Shown: positions 9,567-19,256 of the stretch, piece by piece | How positions within the stretch are numbered: position 1 is the first letter of the stretch | Layout: each line of letters starts with the position of its first letter | Source: an uncultured Lachnospiraceae bacterium | GTDB taxonomy: Bacteria > Bacillota > Clostridia > Lachnospirales > Lachnospiraceae | DNA: 64,000 nucleotides | Assembly (NCBI GenBank): GCA_900539175.1 | Contig: UQAW01000003.1 | Location: forward strand, 16,341 to 80,340 | Direction of reading: 5' to 3' | Made by a program: the position numbers and the translations under genes | Notes under the pieces: generated by a model | The model's database searches: none | The model's input: the letters and a program-made list of their open reading frames with translations, nothing else | What the model was told of the DNA's origin: nothing

Positions 9567-10493
9567 ATGAGCAGAAGGATCAGGATTCAGATTGGATGGG
9601 AGCAGGATGGAAGCACTATACAGTCTGTTTTAAGAGAGGCGGGATTTTCCAGACATCAGATTCGAAGTCTGAAATTTCGTGAGCGTGGAATCTGTGTCAA
9701 TGGAATCCAGAAGCGGGTGACAGACTGTCTGAAAAGCGGTGACTGTCTGGAACTGCTTATTGAGGATGGGAAAACTCAAACAGATGGAGAACCGGGAGTG
9801 AAAGAAGTAACAGAAGAAAGAGCAGTGCATCCGGAGGTATTATATGAGGATGAAGATCTGCTGCTGATCAATAAGCCCGCAGGTATCCCAACACATCCGG
9901 GGAGAGGACATTATCAGGATTCTGCCGCCGATTTGGCAGGCAGGATAGAACAGAAGCGGGATGGTGCGGCAGCGGTCACAGCTCAGAGACGGGCAGTCGG
10001 AAGGCTGGATAAAGAGACATCCGGTGTGTTGGTATTTGCAAAACATCGGATGGCGGCTGCAAGACTGGCAAGGCAGAGGGAACAGGGACAGATGGTGAAA
10101 GAATATGCGGCGGTGGTGCACGGAGTCCCGAAATTGCCTGCCGGATGGATCGAATTGCCAATCGGAAAGGTTCCGGGAAGTCTGAATCGGATGGAGGTCC
10201 GGCCGGATGGGAAGTATGCTGCCACGTATTATGAAGTATTACGGAATAAGGCAGACAGTGCACTTGTTTTATGCAGATTAAAGACAGGAAGAACACATCA
10301 GATACGGGTGCACATGGCAGCGATCGGGCACCCGTTATTTTGTGATTCTCTATATGGAGCAGATGGTTCTAACGGGATGGCAGCTCTCCATGCATGGAAG
10401 GTGAGAATGCTGCAGCCTTTTACAGGAGAAGAGATTTGTGTGACAGCACCGATTTATAGAACAGAGTTTAAGGAGCAGGGATATGAATTATAA
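9567..10493 (+). CDS. RluA-family 23S rRNA/tRNA pseudouridine synthase with N-terminal S4-like domain
   Basis: LLINKPAGIPTHPG and the catalytic motif GRLDKETSGVLVFAK identify the family. The start is set at MSRR, which precedes the S4 domain. Confidence 0.8.
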   Translation: MSRRIRIQIGWEQDGSTIQSVLREAGFSRHQIRSLKFRERGICVNGIQKRVTDCLKSGDCLELLIEDGKTQTDGEPGVKEVTEERAVHPEVLYEDEDLLLINKPAGIPTHPGRGHYQDSAADLAGRIEQKRDGAAAVTAQRRAVGRLDKETSGVLVFAKHRMAAARLARQREQGQMVKEYAAVVHGVPKLPAGWIELPIGKVPGSLNRMEVRPDGKYAATYYEVLRNKADSALVLCRLKTGRTHQIRVHMAAIGHPLFCDSLYGADGSNGMAALHAWKVRMLQPFTGEEICVTAPIYRTEFKEQGYEL

Positions 10494-11226
10494 AATGGTT
10501 CTGCAATACGATGGAACACGGTATGATGGATGGCAGAAACAGGGAAATACAGCACATACAATACAGGGAAAACTGGAGACGGTGTTGTCGAGAATGATCG
10601 GAGAGCCGGTGGCAGTTCAGGGGGCCGGAAGGACGGATGCCGGTGTACATGCTTACGGACAGACGGCGAGTTTTCAACTGTCGGAAGAAAAGCCGGCAGA
10701 GGAAATCCGCCAATATCTGAATCACTATCTTCCGGAGGATATCGAGGTGTTGCGTCTGGAGGAGGCTCCCAAACGTTTTCATGCCCGGCTTTCAGCTATA
10801 CGGAAAACTTATCTGTACCGTATTGGAACCGGAGACAGGAAGTATGTTTTTGACAGAAAGTATCTTTATCGGCAGGGTGGCAGGTTGGATATTTCTGCGA
10901 TGAGGAGGGCGGCGCAGATTTTACTGGGCACCCATGATTTCCGAAGCTTCTGTTCCAATAAGCGGATGAAGAAATCAACCGTCCGGACACTTTACGATAT
11001 ACAAATCCAGGAAGATAAGGAGGGACAGGAGATCCGCATATCCTTCACGGGAAATGGTTTTTTATATAATATGGTGCGGATCCTGACAGGCACATTGATT
11101 GAAATCGGGCAGGGAGAACGGCAGCCGGAGGAAATCCGTGCGATTTTGCAGGCAAAGAATCGGGAAGCTGCTGGTTTTACGGCGCCGCCTCAGGGGCTTG
11201 TTTTAGTTTCTGCAGAGTATGAATAA
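10483..11226 (+). CDS. truA: tRNA pseudouridine(38-40) synthase TruA
   Basis: MVLQYDGTRYDGWQKQ...GAGRTDAGVHAYGQ is canonical TruA. The gene overlaps the previous one by 11 nt. Confidence 0.9.
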   Translation: MNYKMVLQYDGTRYDGWQKQGNTAHTIQGKLETVLSRMIGEPVAVQGAGRTDAGVHAYGQTASFQLSEEKPAEEIRQYLNHYLPEDIEVLRLEEAPKRFHARLSAIRKTYLYRIGTGDRKYVFDRKYLYRQGGRLDISAMRRAAQILLGTHDFRSFCSNKRMKKSTVRTLYDIQIQEDKEGQEIRISFTGNGFLYNMVRILTGTLIEIGQGERQPEEIRAILQAKNREAAGFTAPPQGLVLVSAEYE

Positions 11227-11238
11227 GGAGTACAAGAG

Positions 11239-11934
11239 ATGAAGATTTATGAAGGAGCGATTTTTGACCTGGATGGGACGCTTCTGGATTCCATGAATGT
11301 ATGGAGAAAGATTGATGTGGATTTTCTGGGCAAACGAGGATTTCAGGTTCCCCGGGATTATCTGGAGGCGATTACCCCTTTGGGAACCATGGCAGCGGCA
11401 GATTATACCATCCGCCGGTTTGGATTACAGGAAAAACAGGCAGAGATTATTGAGGAATGGCTGTCTATGGCAAGGGATGCTTATGCAAATACGGTACCTT
11501 TGAAACCTTTTGTGAAAGAATATCTGGGGCAGATAAAAAGACTGGGAATTCCGGTAGCAGCGGCAACTTCATCGGAAAGAGAACTGGTCATACCTGCCTT
11601 GAAGCGAAACGGGATTTATGAATACTTTGATGTGATCGTTACCGTGAGTCAGGTGAAACGGGGAAAGGGATTCCCTGATATTTATGAAAAGGCGGCTTTT
11701 GAGCTGAACCGAAAACCGGAAACTTGCGTGGTTTATGAAGATATTATTGAAGGAATCCGCGGGGCCAATCAAGGGGGCTTTTTTTCTGTCGGAGTCTATG
11801 ATCCGGAGTCTGAATTTTCCAGAGAAGCGATTATCAGGGAAGCAGCGCTTTATATTCAGGGATTTGAGGAACTGATGAAGCAGCATAAAGAAAAGTTTGT
11901 GTTCTACGATGAAGGTCCCGGACAGCAGCCATGA
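11239..11934 (+). CDS. HAD-IA family hydrolase (beta-phosphoglucomutase-like phosphatase)
   Basis: The HAD motif I DLDGTLLDS is present. An AAGGAG ribosome-binding site precedes it. Confidence 0.7.
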   Translation: MKIYEGAIFDLDGTLLDSMNVWRKIDVDFLGKRGFQVPRDYLEAITPLGTMAAADYTIRRFGLQEKQAEIIEEWLSMARDAYANTVPLKPFVKEYLGQIKRLGIPVAAATSSERELVIPALKRNGIYEYFDVIVTVSQVKRGKGFPDIYEKAAFELNRKPETCVVYEDIIEGIRGANQGGFFSVGVYDPESEFSREAIIREAALYIQGFEELMKQHKEKFVFYDEGPGQQP

Positions 11935-11970
11935 GGAGTGCGAAGGGCGCAGGCAAATTCAGAAAAACAT

Positions 11971-12000
11971 TTGCAAGATTTGGAAGAAGGGTGTTATAAT
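11971..12000 (+). promoter_or_regulatory. candidate promoter TTGCAA-18-TGTTATAAT (extended -10)
   Basis: The motif was read directly from the sequence upstream of the topoisomerase operon. Confidence 0.45.
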
Positions 12001-12044
12001 GCTTTGGTATGTGCAATTGAAACTAAAACAATAAAGGTGAGAAT

Positions 12045-13967
12045 ATGGCGAAAGAAACTTATGATGCCAGCAGCATATCGGTTTTAGAAGGACTGGAAGC
12101 AGTGCGGAAACGGCCGGGTATGTATATTGGCAGTACAACAAAAAAAGGTTTACACCATCTGATATATGAGATTGTAGATAATGCGGTGGATGAGCATCTG
12201 GCGGGGTACTGTGATAAGATTCAGGTGATTCTGGAGGCGGATGGTTCCTGTACGGTAAATGACAATGGGCGTGGAATTCCGGTGGGGATGCATGAGAAAG
12301 GAATGTCTGCGGAACGTCTGGTCTTTACCACACTGCATGCGGGCGGAAAATTTGACAATAACGCCTACAAAACCAGCGGCGGACTTCACGGCGTGGGATC
12401 TTCGGTGGTAAATGCACTGTCTACGTATCTGGATATCAAGATCAGCCGGGAAGGTTATATCCATCACGATTATTATGAACAGGGTGTGCCGAAGCTGGAT
12501 TTGGAGCATGGACTTCTTCCAAAGATCGGAAAAACGAAAGCAACGGGAACCTGCGTAAATTTCCTGCCCGATTCTGAGATTTTTGAGAAAATAAAATTTT
12601 CGTCTGCGGATGTCAAATCACGTCTCCATGAGACGGCTTATCTGAATCCGAATCTGACGATTGAATTCGAAGACAGGCGGGAAGGCAGTCAGGAGCAGGT
12701 GACCTTCCATGAACCAGATGGAATCGCCGGATATGTAAAAGATATTAACAAGAAAAAAGAAGTGATTCATGAGCCTGTCTATTTCAAGGGAGAAAGTGAA
12801 GGAATCACTGTTGAGGTAGCGTTTCAATATATCAATGAATTTCAGGAAAATGTACTCGGTTTTTGTAATAACATTTACAATGCGGAGGGCGGAACCCATC
12901 TGACAGGATTCAAGACACAGTTTACTTCAGTGATGAACAGTTACGCCCGGGAACTGGGAATTCTGAAGGAAAAGGATACGAACTTTACCGGTGCGGATAT
13001 CCGTAACGGTATGACGGCAGTCATTTCCATTAAGCACCCGGATCCCCGGTTCGAGGGACAGACAAAGACAAAATTGGATAATCAGGACGCCTCCAAGGCG
13101 GCAAGTAAAGTGACTGGAGAGGAAGTGGTTCTCTATTTTGACCGGAATCTGGAAGTGTTAAAAAATGTACTTGCCTGTGCGGAACGTTCGGCGAAGATTC
13201 GAAAGACCGAGGAAAAGGCAAAGACGAACATGCTGACGAAGCAGAAGTATTCTTTTGACTCCAACGGAAAACTGGCAAATTGTGAAAGCAGGGACGCTTC
13301 CAAATGTGAGATTTTTATTGTTGAGGGAGATTCTGCAGGTGGTTCTGCCAAGACGGCGAGGAATCGGAATTTTCAGGCGATTCTCCCGATTCGGGGGAAG
13401 ATTCTGAACGTTGAGAAAGCGACAATTGACAAAGTGTTGGCCAATGCGGAGATTAAGACGATGATCAATGCATTTGGATGTGGTTTTTCCGAGGGTTATG
13501 GGAATGATTTTGACATTACAAAGCTGCGTTACCATAAGATTATTATTATGGCGGATGCCGACGTGGACGGTGCCCATATCTCCACGCTTTTGCTGACATT
13601 GTTTTATCGTTTTATGCCGGAACTGATTTACGAGGGGCATGTATACGTTGCGATGCCTCCTCTGTATAAGGCAATGCCGTCCAAAGGAACTGAAGAATAT
13701 CTTTATGACGATAAAGCTCTGGAAAAATACCGAAAATTGCATAAGAATGAAAAGTTCACACTTCAGAGATATAAAGGTCTTGGCGAGATGGATGCCCAGC
13801 AGCTTTGGGAGACGACGTTAAATCCCAAGACCAGGATGTTGAAACAGATCGAAATTGAGGATGCAAGGATGGCTTCGGATATGACCGAAATTCTCATGGG
13901 AACCGATGTGCCGCCCCGGAAAGCATTCATCTACGAACATGCACAGGATGCAGAGTTGGATATCTAG
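12045..13967 (+). CDS. parE: type IIA topoisomerase ATPase subunit B (GyrB/ParE family; topo IV-like by pairing)
   Basis: The GHKL ATPase and Toprim domains are present (LEGLEAVRKRPGMYIGST, EGDSAGG). The gene is paired with an A subunit that lacks the GyrA-box. Confidence 0.6.
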   Translation: MAKETYDASSISVLEGLEAVRKRPGMYIGSTTKKGLHHLIYEIVDNAVDEHLAGYCDKIQVILEADGSCTVNDNGRGIPVGMHEKGMSAERLVFTTLHAGGKFDNNAYKTSGGLHGVGSSVVNALSTYLDIKISREGYIHHDYYEQGVPKLDLEHGLLPKIGKTKATGTCVNFLPDSEIFEKIKFSSADVKSRLHETAYLNPNLTIEFEDRREGSQEQVTFHEPDGIAGYVKDINKKKEVIHEPVYFKGESEGITVEVAFQYINEFQENVLGFCNNIYNAEGGTHLTGFKTQFTSVMNSYARELGILKEKDTNFTGADIRNGMTAVISIKHPDPRFEGQTKTKLDNQDASKAASKVTGEEVVLYFDRNLEVLKNVLACAERSAKIRKTEEKAKTNMLTKQKYSFDSNGKLANCESRDASKCEIFIVEGDSAGGSAKTARNRNFQAILPIRGKILNVEKATIDKVLANAEIKTMINAFGCGFSEGYGNDFDITKLRYHKIIIMADADVDGAHISTLLLTLFYRFMPELIYEGHVYVAMPPLYKAMPSKGTEEYLYDDKALEKYRKLHKNEKFTLQRYKGLGEMDAQQLWETTLNPKTRMLKQIEIEDARMASDMTEILMGTDVPPRKAFIYEHAQDAELDI

Positions 13968-13987
13968 AGAAGGGAGAGTGAACGAAG

Positions 13988-16225
13988 ATGGAAGAACAGA
14001 TTATAAAAACCGAGTATTCCGAGCTGATGCAGAAATCTTATATTGATTATGCTATGAGCGTTATCGTCGCACGTGCCCTTCCGGATGTGCGGGACGGATT
14101 GAAACCGGTACAGAGGAGAACGCTGTATGATATGCAGGAGCTGGGAATCAGTTATGACAAGCCTTATCGGAAATGTGCCCGTATTGTGGGGGATACCATG
14201 GGTAAATACCACCCGCACGGTGACAGTTCCATCTATGAAGCACTGGTGGTGATGGCACAGGATTTTAAGAAGGGCCAGCCGTTGGTGGACGGGCACGGAA
14301 ACTTTGGCTCTATCGAGGGAGACGGTGCCGCTGCCATGCGTTATACGGAAGCAAGACTGCAGAAGATCACACAGGAGGTCTATCTGAAGGATATGGACAA
14401 GGATGTGGTAAACTTTGTCCCCAATTTCGATGAGACGGAGAAGGAGCCTGAGGTTCTTCCGGTACGTGTCCCAAACCTGCTGATTAACGGTGCAGACGGA
14501 ATTGCAGTCGGTATGGCAACCAGTATTCCACCACATAATCTGGGAGAAGTGGTGGATGCGGTAAAGGCATACATGCAGGATGAAGATATCACCACAAAAG
14601 GTTTGATGAAATATATCAAAGGACCGGATTTCCCAACCGGAGGTATCGTAGCCAATAAAGATGATCTCCGTCAGATTTATGAGACTGGAAGTGGTAAGAT
14701 CAAGCTGAGGGGAAAGGTTGAAGTGGAGAAGGGAAAAGGCGGTAAACAATACCTGATCATTACCGAAATTCCTTATACCATGATCGGCGCTAACATCGGA
14801 AAATTCCTGAATGATGTTGCGGCACTGGTGGATTCCAAAAAAACAACAGATATTGTGGATATCTCAAATCAGTCTTCCAAAGAAGGAATCCGGATTGTAC
14901 TGGAGCTTAAAAAGGGTGCGGATATTGAGCGGCTGACGAACATGCTCTATAAGAAAACCCGGCTTGAGGATACGTTTGGCGTTAATATGCTGGCAGTTGC
15001 CCAGAAGCGTCCGGAAACCTTGAGTTTGAAGAAAATCATTGAGCATCATGTGGACTTCCAGTTTGAAGTCTGTACCAGAAAATATCAGAATCTTCTGACG
15101 AAGGAACTGGACAGGAAAGAAGTTCAGGAGGGACTGATCAAGGCATGTGATGTGATTGATCTGATTATTGAGATTCTCCGCGGAAGTAAGAATCAGAAAC
15201 AGGTGAAAGATTGCCTGACCATGGGAATTACCGAAGGAATCAAGTTCAAGACAAAAGCCAGTGAAAAGGAGGCAAAAAAGCTTGCCTTTACTCAGAGACA
15301 GGCCACAGCGATTCTGGAGATGCGTCTCTATAAACTGATCGGATTAGAGATTGAGGCACTGATGAAAGAGCATCAGGATACCTTAGACAAGATTGCCCGT
15401 TATGAGGATATTTTGAACAATTATGATTCCATGGCACAGGTGATCATGAAGGATCTGGATGGAATCAAGAAGGAATACGGCAGAAAGCGCAGGACGGTGC
15501 TTGAAAATGCAGAGGAAATCGTCTTCGAAGAGAAGAAAATCGAGGAGATGGAGATCGTATTTCTTATGGATCGGTTCGGGTATGCAAAGACGGTGGATGT
15601 ATCCACGTATGAGCGGAACCGGGAATCGGCAGATGCCGAGAATAAGTATGTGTTCCGTTGTATGAATACCGATAAGATTTGTGTCTTCACCGATCAGGGA
15701 AAGATGCATACCATAAAGGCGTTGGATCTGCCCTATGGAAAATTCCGGGATAAGGGAACGCCGATTGACAATCTTTGTAATTACAGCAGTTCTCAGGAGC
15801 AGATGGTATTTGTTTCCAGTCTGGAACAGGTTAAGCAGAATAAACTTGTATTTGTTACCAGATCCAGTATGTGTAAGGTTGTGGAAGGATTTGAATTTGA
15901 TGTATCCAAACGTACCATCGCGGCAACCAAACTTGCCGATGAAAATGACAGCGTTGCACTTGTGGGCATCTACGGTGAAAGTGATTACCTGGTGCTTCAG
16001 AGTCATCTGGGATACTTTCTGCGTTTCCTGGTCAATGAGATACCGGAGAAAAAGAAAACGGCGATCGGTGTGCGGGGAATGCGGCTTGGAGAGAAAGACT
16101 TCATTGAACATGCCTATCTGTTGGCAAACCGTATGGAATATGAGATTGATTACAAAGAGAAAAAATTGGTTTTAAATAAATTAAAACTGGCGAAAAGGGA
16201 TACAAAGGGAACAAAAAAACAATAA
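13988..16225 (+). CDS. parC: type IIA topoisomerase subunit A (GyrA/ParC family; no GyrA-box, short CTD, so ParC-like)
   Basis: The active-site tyrosine region RYTEARL is present. The protein is 745 aa. No QRRGGKG-type GyrA-box was found in the C-terminal domain. Confidence 0.6.
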   Translation: MEEQIIKTEYSELMQKSYIDYAMSVIVARALPDVRDGLKPVQRRTLYDMQELGISYDKPYRKCARIVGDTMGKYHPHGDSSIYEALVVMAQDFKKGQPLVDGHGNFGSIEGDGAAAMRYTEARLQKITQEVYLKDMDKDVVNFVPNFDETEKEPEVLPVRVPNLLINGADGIAVGMATSIPPHNLGEVVDAVKAYMQDEDITTKGLMKYIKGPDFPTGGIVANKDDLRQIYETGSGKIKLRGKVEVEKGKGGKQYLIITEIPYTMIGANIGKFLNDVAALVDSKKTTDIVDISNQSSKEGIRIVLELKKGADIERLTNMLYKKTRLEDTFGVNMLAVAQKRPETLSLKKIIEHHVDFQFEVCTRKYQNLLTKELDRKEVQEGLIKACDVIDLIIEILRGSKNQKQVKDCLTMGITEGIKFKTKASEKEAKKLAFTQRQATAILEMRLYKLIGLEIEALMKEHQDTLDKIARYEDILNNYDSMAQVIMKDLDGIKKEYGRKRRTVLENAEEIVFEEKKIEEMEIVFLMDRFGYAKTVDVSTYERNRESADAENKYVFRCMNTDKICVFTDQGKMHTIKALDLPYGKFRDKGTPIDNLCNYSSSQEQMVFVSSLEQVKQNKLVFVTRSSMCKVVEGFEFDVSKRTIAATKLADENDSVALVGIYGESDYLVLQSHLGYFLRFLVNEIPEKKKTAIGVRGMRLGEKDFIEHAYLLANRMEYEIDYKEKKLVLNKLKLAKRDTKGTKKQ

Positions 16226-16228
16226 TAA

Positions 16229-16290
16229 AAAGAGAGGGGCGGCAGTCATGTCATGTGGAACATGGTCTGCCGTCTCTCTTTTCCTTTATG
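16229..16290. terminator. bidirectional hairpin terminator between convergent genes
   Basis: The stem agagaggggcggcag ... ctgccgtctctct is followed by a T-tract. Confidence 0.5.
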
Positions 16291-16314
16291 GAAATCAGGA
16301 ACATTTTGTGATAA

Positions 16315-17658
16315 TCAGGGGTTTGGGTCATCCAAAACCAGAGTGGCCACTGCCTTTTCATTGTACTGGGAGGAGATGATTCCGCCGTCTGATAGCCGGG
16401 AATAAATGCCTGCGAATTCACCATTGTATACGAAGAGTCCGGACATATTCGTGTAAGGTTTAAAGGCGGCATCCGCATCCGGGAAATAGATGTTGGCTGT
16501 CTGATAAGGAGGACAGTATTCCTGATAAATATAGCCCTTGTTAAAATGACGTTCTACGATTTCATCCCATTCGGACTGCGTGTAGTCGATTCCTGCAAAA
16601 ACACCGCGGGAAGCGTAAGAATCCAATGGTTTGATGATCCAACGGTCCTTTTCCTGGGTAATCTGATTCCGGCGGCAGAAACGGTTGTCCATCAGATTCG
16701 TATAGGGGATATGATCCAGGACAAATTGTTGTTCTTCTTTGGTGAGCAGGCTTAAGGTGGCTTTTTCTCTTAAGATCTTAAACAGCCATTTGTTGTGAAT
16801 GATCTGGGTGCAGAAAGAGCCGATCACACAGACATCCTGATGCAGGACTGCCTGGACAAAATCCTGAACTTCCGAATAATGTTCCATGACATCAGTGGTA
16901 ACTGCACGGCGGTAGATGAGATCTACCGGATGACCGGAAGGAGAGTACAGAATATGATCCTGGTATTTCATCTGGGTAATCTCACAGATTTCACACAGAT
17001 ATCCGGCTTTTTCAAACCGTCTTTTAAATTCCTCAAACTCTGTAATAGAGCAATGCTCCAGAAAATCAACAATAGCAATATAGGGCTGCTCTTTCTTTTT
17101 TTTATAGGTGCCGTATAAATCAAGGAGTGTCTGTACCCAGGTGTCGAATAATTCGAATGTATGAAAGGTATGACCTTCTTTTATATGAGAATGGGCAATA
17201 TTTTGTTCAATCGCCTGATTCAGTACATAATCTTCATTCATGGCACTGGTGCCGTCTGTGTTGATTTCACAGAATTTGAAGGAATGATCCTCCTCATTAA
17301 AAAAGATATCAAAGCGGGCAATCGGCAGGAGGCTGTCATATAGATTCGGTACCAAAATCAATGCTTCCAGCTCCTTTGAAAAAGGAAAAATTTTTCGATA
17401 CTCCGGATTATCCAGATATTCCCGAATGACCTTACAGAAAATTCCATAGGTGGTTTTAACAATCTCTTTATAGATGGTGATGACATCTTCTGTAAAAATT
17501 TTCGGAATATGGAGTGTGTGGACGCAGCGGCCATGATAGGCTACAGAGGAATGCTCCAGATAGTCTTTTACTGCCAGGGCAGAAGTCCGGTTTTCGTCAA
17601 AATGTTCTTTGATATAAGATTCGTATTCGTTTCGAATTGTTTTCATGTGATTCTCCAT
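16315..17658 (-). CDS. glutathionylspermidine synthase (GspS/YgiC) family amide ligase
   Basis: The C-terminal region aligns by eye with E. coli YgiC: IIKPLDSYASRGVFAGID against VVKPIFSREGANVSIIE, and GLFVYNGEFAGIYSR against IGSWLVNDQPAGIGIRE. Confidence 0.5.
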   Translation of the reverse strand: MENHMKTIRNEYESYIKEHFDENRTSALAVKDYLEHSSVAYHGRCVHTLHIPKIFTEDVITIYKEIVKTTYGIFCKVIREYLDNPEYRKIFPFSKELEALILVPNLYDSLLPIARFDIFFNEEDHSFKFCEINTDGTSAMNEDYVLNQAIEQNIAHSHIKEGHTFHTFELFDTWVQTLLDLYGTYKKKKEQPYIAIVDFLEHCSITEFEEFKRRFEKAGYLCEICEITQMKYQDHILYSPSGHPVDLIYRRAVTTDVMEHYSEVQDFVQAVLHQDVCVIGSFCTQIIHNKWLFKILREKATLSLLTKEEQQFVLDHIPYTNLMDNRFCRRNQITQEKDRWIIKPLDSYASRGVFAGIDYTQSEWDEIVERHFNKGYIYQEYCPPYQTANIYFPDADAAFKPYTNMSGLFVYNGEFAGIYSRLSDGGIISSQYNEKAVATLVLDDPNP

Positions 17659-17748
17659 TCTATTTATTGCTTTCTTTTGTCATCAGGTTACAGCGTGATA
17701 TGTAATTCACAAGTTTCTAAAAAAAATAGAAAAAAATAAAAAAAATAG

Positions 17749-17776
17749 TTGAAATTTTTGCAAAATGCGGTATAAT
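17749..17776 (+). promoter_or_regulatory. strong sigma-A promoter TTGAAA-17-TATAAT for the tRNA
   Basis: Both hexamers are consensus. The -10 element ends about 20 nt before the tRNA 5' end. Confidence 0.6.
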
Positions 17777-17796
17777 AATCATTGTGTCATGCACAA

Positions 17797-17869
17797 GCCG
17801 AAATAGCTCAGTTGGTAGAGCACTTCACTCGTAATGAAGGGGTCGTCGGTTCGAGTCCGATTTTCGGCT
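17797..17869 (+). tRNA. tRNA-Thr (anticodon CGT)
   Basis: The cloverleaf was folded by hand: acceptor GCCGAAA/TTTCGGC, D-arm GCTC/GAGC, anticodon stem CTTCA/TGAAG with loop CTCGTAA, and T-arm GTCGG/CCGAT with TTCGAGT. CCA is not encoded. Confidence 0.88.
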
Positions 17870-17881
17870 TTTTCTTATTAT

Positions 17882-17922
17882 CATCCGACAGCTTTTGGAA
17901 AAGCGGGTTCGGATGTTTTTTG
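17882..17922 (+). terminator. rho-independent terminator after the tRNA
   Basis: The stem catccgac...gttcggatg is followed by TTTTTT. Confidence 0.55.
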
Positions 17923-18004
17923 CTTTATGAGTGCTTTCCATAGTTTTTTCTGTATGTTCTATTGACACTTCGATATTTTACGTCATATCACATCAGATGT
18001 CAAA

Positions 18005-18676
18005 TCATGATGTGTATTTATTTCCAAAAGGGAAGAAAAATTCCGGTATGCCGCTGGCATAAGGGGCGATATCATACTGTTGATAGTAGATAACGATCCC
18101 ACCGGGACGCAGATAATAATTTTCCGGTTGAAAGTGTTCCTGAAGAAGCGCTGCATAGTCAGGAAAATAGGCAGAAGGTGTGGCCTTCAGACGCCCGATG
18201 ATCTGTCCCTCGATCTCATTTAAGAGGCTTTTCGGAAATGACGAAGTACGGGGATAGAACCGCTCAAGCGGAAGCTGATTGCCGGTATGAAAATCCCAGG
18301 TGGCGGATGTGCGGAGTGTCTCACCGTGAGCGCCGCCCATAAACGTATATTGATTCATGATAAGACTGGTGATACAATTACGGTTATAGGTAATCTGATA
18401 GTCAACAGTCAGTTCATAGCTGTGAAACGGCGGTTGATTTGTCTGGATATATTGGGCGCTTTCCAAAGCCATAGGGTAAAGAACTGTGCGGCAGTACGCT
18501 TCTGTTTTGCGGGCAGCAGATGTGTAATAAGCGTTAACCTTTTGTGCGCCATCTATACTGCATGTTGTTTGAAAAGAAGGGTAATGAATGGTATACAGGA
18601 ATACTGGTATCTTATTGGAATACATGGTATCCTTCAGGGTTTGACGGATAATAGTCTGCATAAGATCCTCAATCAA
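18005..18676 (-). CDS. DUF3298/DUF4163 (RsiV/PdaC-like) domain protein
   Basis: Composition and motifs (MGGAHG) are typical of the paired DUF4163-DUF3298 architecture. Confidence 0.5.
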   Translation of the reverse strand: MIEDLMQTIIRQTLKDTMYSNKIPVFLYTIHYPSFQTTCSIDGAQKVNAYYTSAARKTEAYCRTVLYPMALESAQYIQTNQPPFHSYELTVDYQITYNRNCITSLIMNQYTFMGGAHGETLRTSATWDFHTGNQLPLERFYPRTSSFPKSLLNEIEGQIIGRLKATPSAYFPDYAALLQEHFQPENYYLRPGGIVIYYQQYDIAPYASGIPEFFFPFGNKYTS

Positions 18677-18817
18677 TAAAAAGAAGTTATTATAGTATAT
18701 TACCGAAAATTAGGTAAAGACACAATTACATAGAGCTGCCGTATGAGAGATTTCCCTTACGGCAGCTTTTCTATCATATCATGAACTGACAGGGGAAATA
18801 AGACCATCGGTCAGATG

Positions 18818-18880
18818 CTTTTTTATGCAAGCATGAAAAAGCATAACCTTTTGACCCTGGTATCATAGATTACCAGGGCA
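18818..18880 (-). repeat. partial inverted copy (D) of the intergenic repeat family
   Basis: The reverse complement reads tatgataccagggtcaaaaggttatgctttttcatgcttgcat, which matches the left part of copy A at 8553-8600. Confidence 0.5.
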
Positions 18881-19070
18881 TGAAATCATCCCAGTCGTGT
18901 TGTCTGCGGTTATCCCGGCGATTGTCCCATCTGTCATTACGGCGGTCATCCCGTCTGTCGTCCCGGCGGTCATTGCGTCTGTCGTCCCGGTCACAGCGGC
19001 AGGGCGGGCAAGGAGGGCAGCCATTTCTGCGTCTGTCATCCCAAAAGCGTGGATCAAAGTCGTTCGGCAT
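18870..19070 (-). CDS. putative small Arg/Asp-rich low-complexity protein with a CPPCPPCRC motif
   Basis: AAGGAA lies 8 nt upstream of the ATG. The product is 66 aa and is built from tandem repeats of about 24 bp (DRRNDRRDDRR). All three frames are open here, so coding status is uncertain. Confidence 0.3.
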   Translation of the reverse strand: MPNDFDPRFWDDRRRNGCPPCPPCRCDRDDRRNDRRDDRRDDRRNDRWDNRRDNRRQHDWDDFMPW

Positions 19071-19256
19071 ATATAAAATTCCTTTTTCTTTTATGGTATG
19101 TTAAAAAATGAAATAAGTGAGAAATCTGTAAAGATGCAGCTATCCGGTACTTTCACAGTTACGTGAATATTTACAATGGGACCACAGATATGATAAGATG
19201 TTAAACAATGGAATACCACAGAATCCTGAAAAGCAGGAAAAGGAGAATATGCTTGT

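Noticed and set aside
13964-14749. 261-aa minus-strand ORF, and similar antisense ORFs at 15383-16111, 41527-42072 and 48207-48959
   Set aside because: They are antisense to well-supported topoisomerase, ftsH and secDF genes.
18880-19104. Plus-strand 74-aa Ser/Arg/Leu-rich ORF and a second minus-frame ORF (18863-19057) over the tandem repeat
   Set aside because: These are alternative frames kept open by the 24-bp tandem repeats. Only the 18870-19070 minus frame has a ribosome-binding site, and even that one is uncertain.
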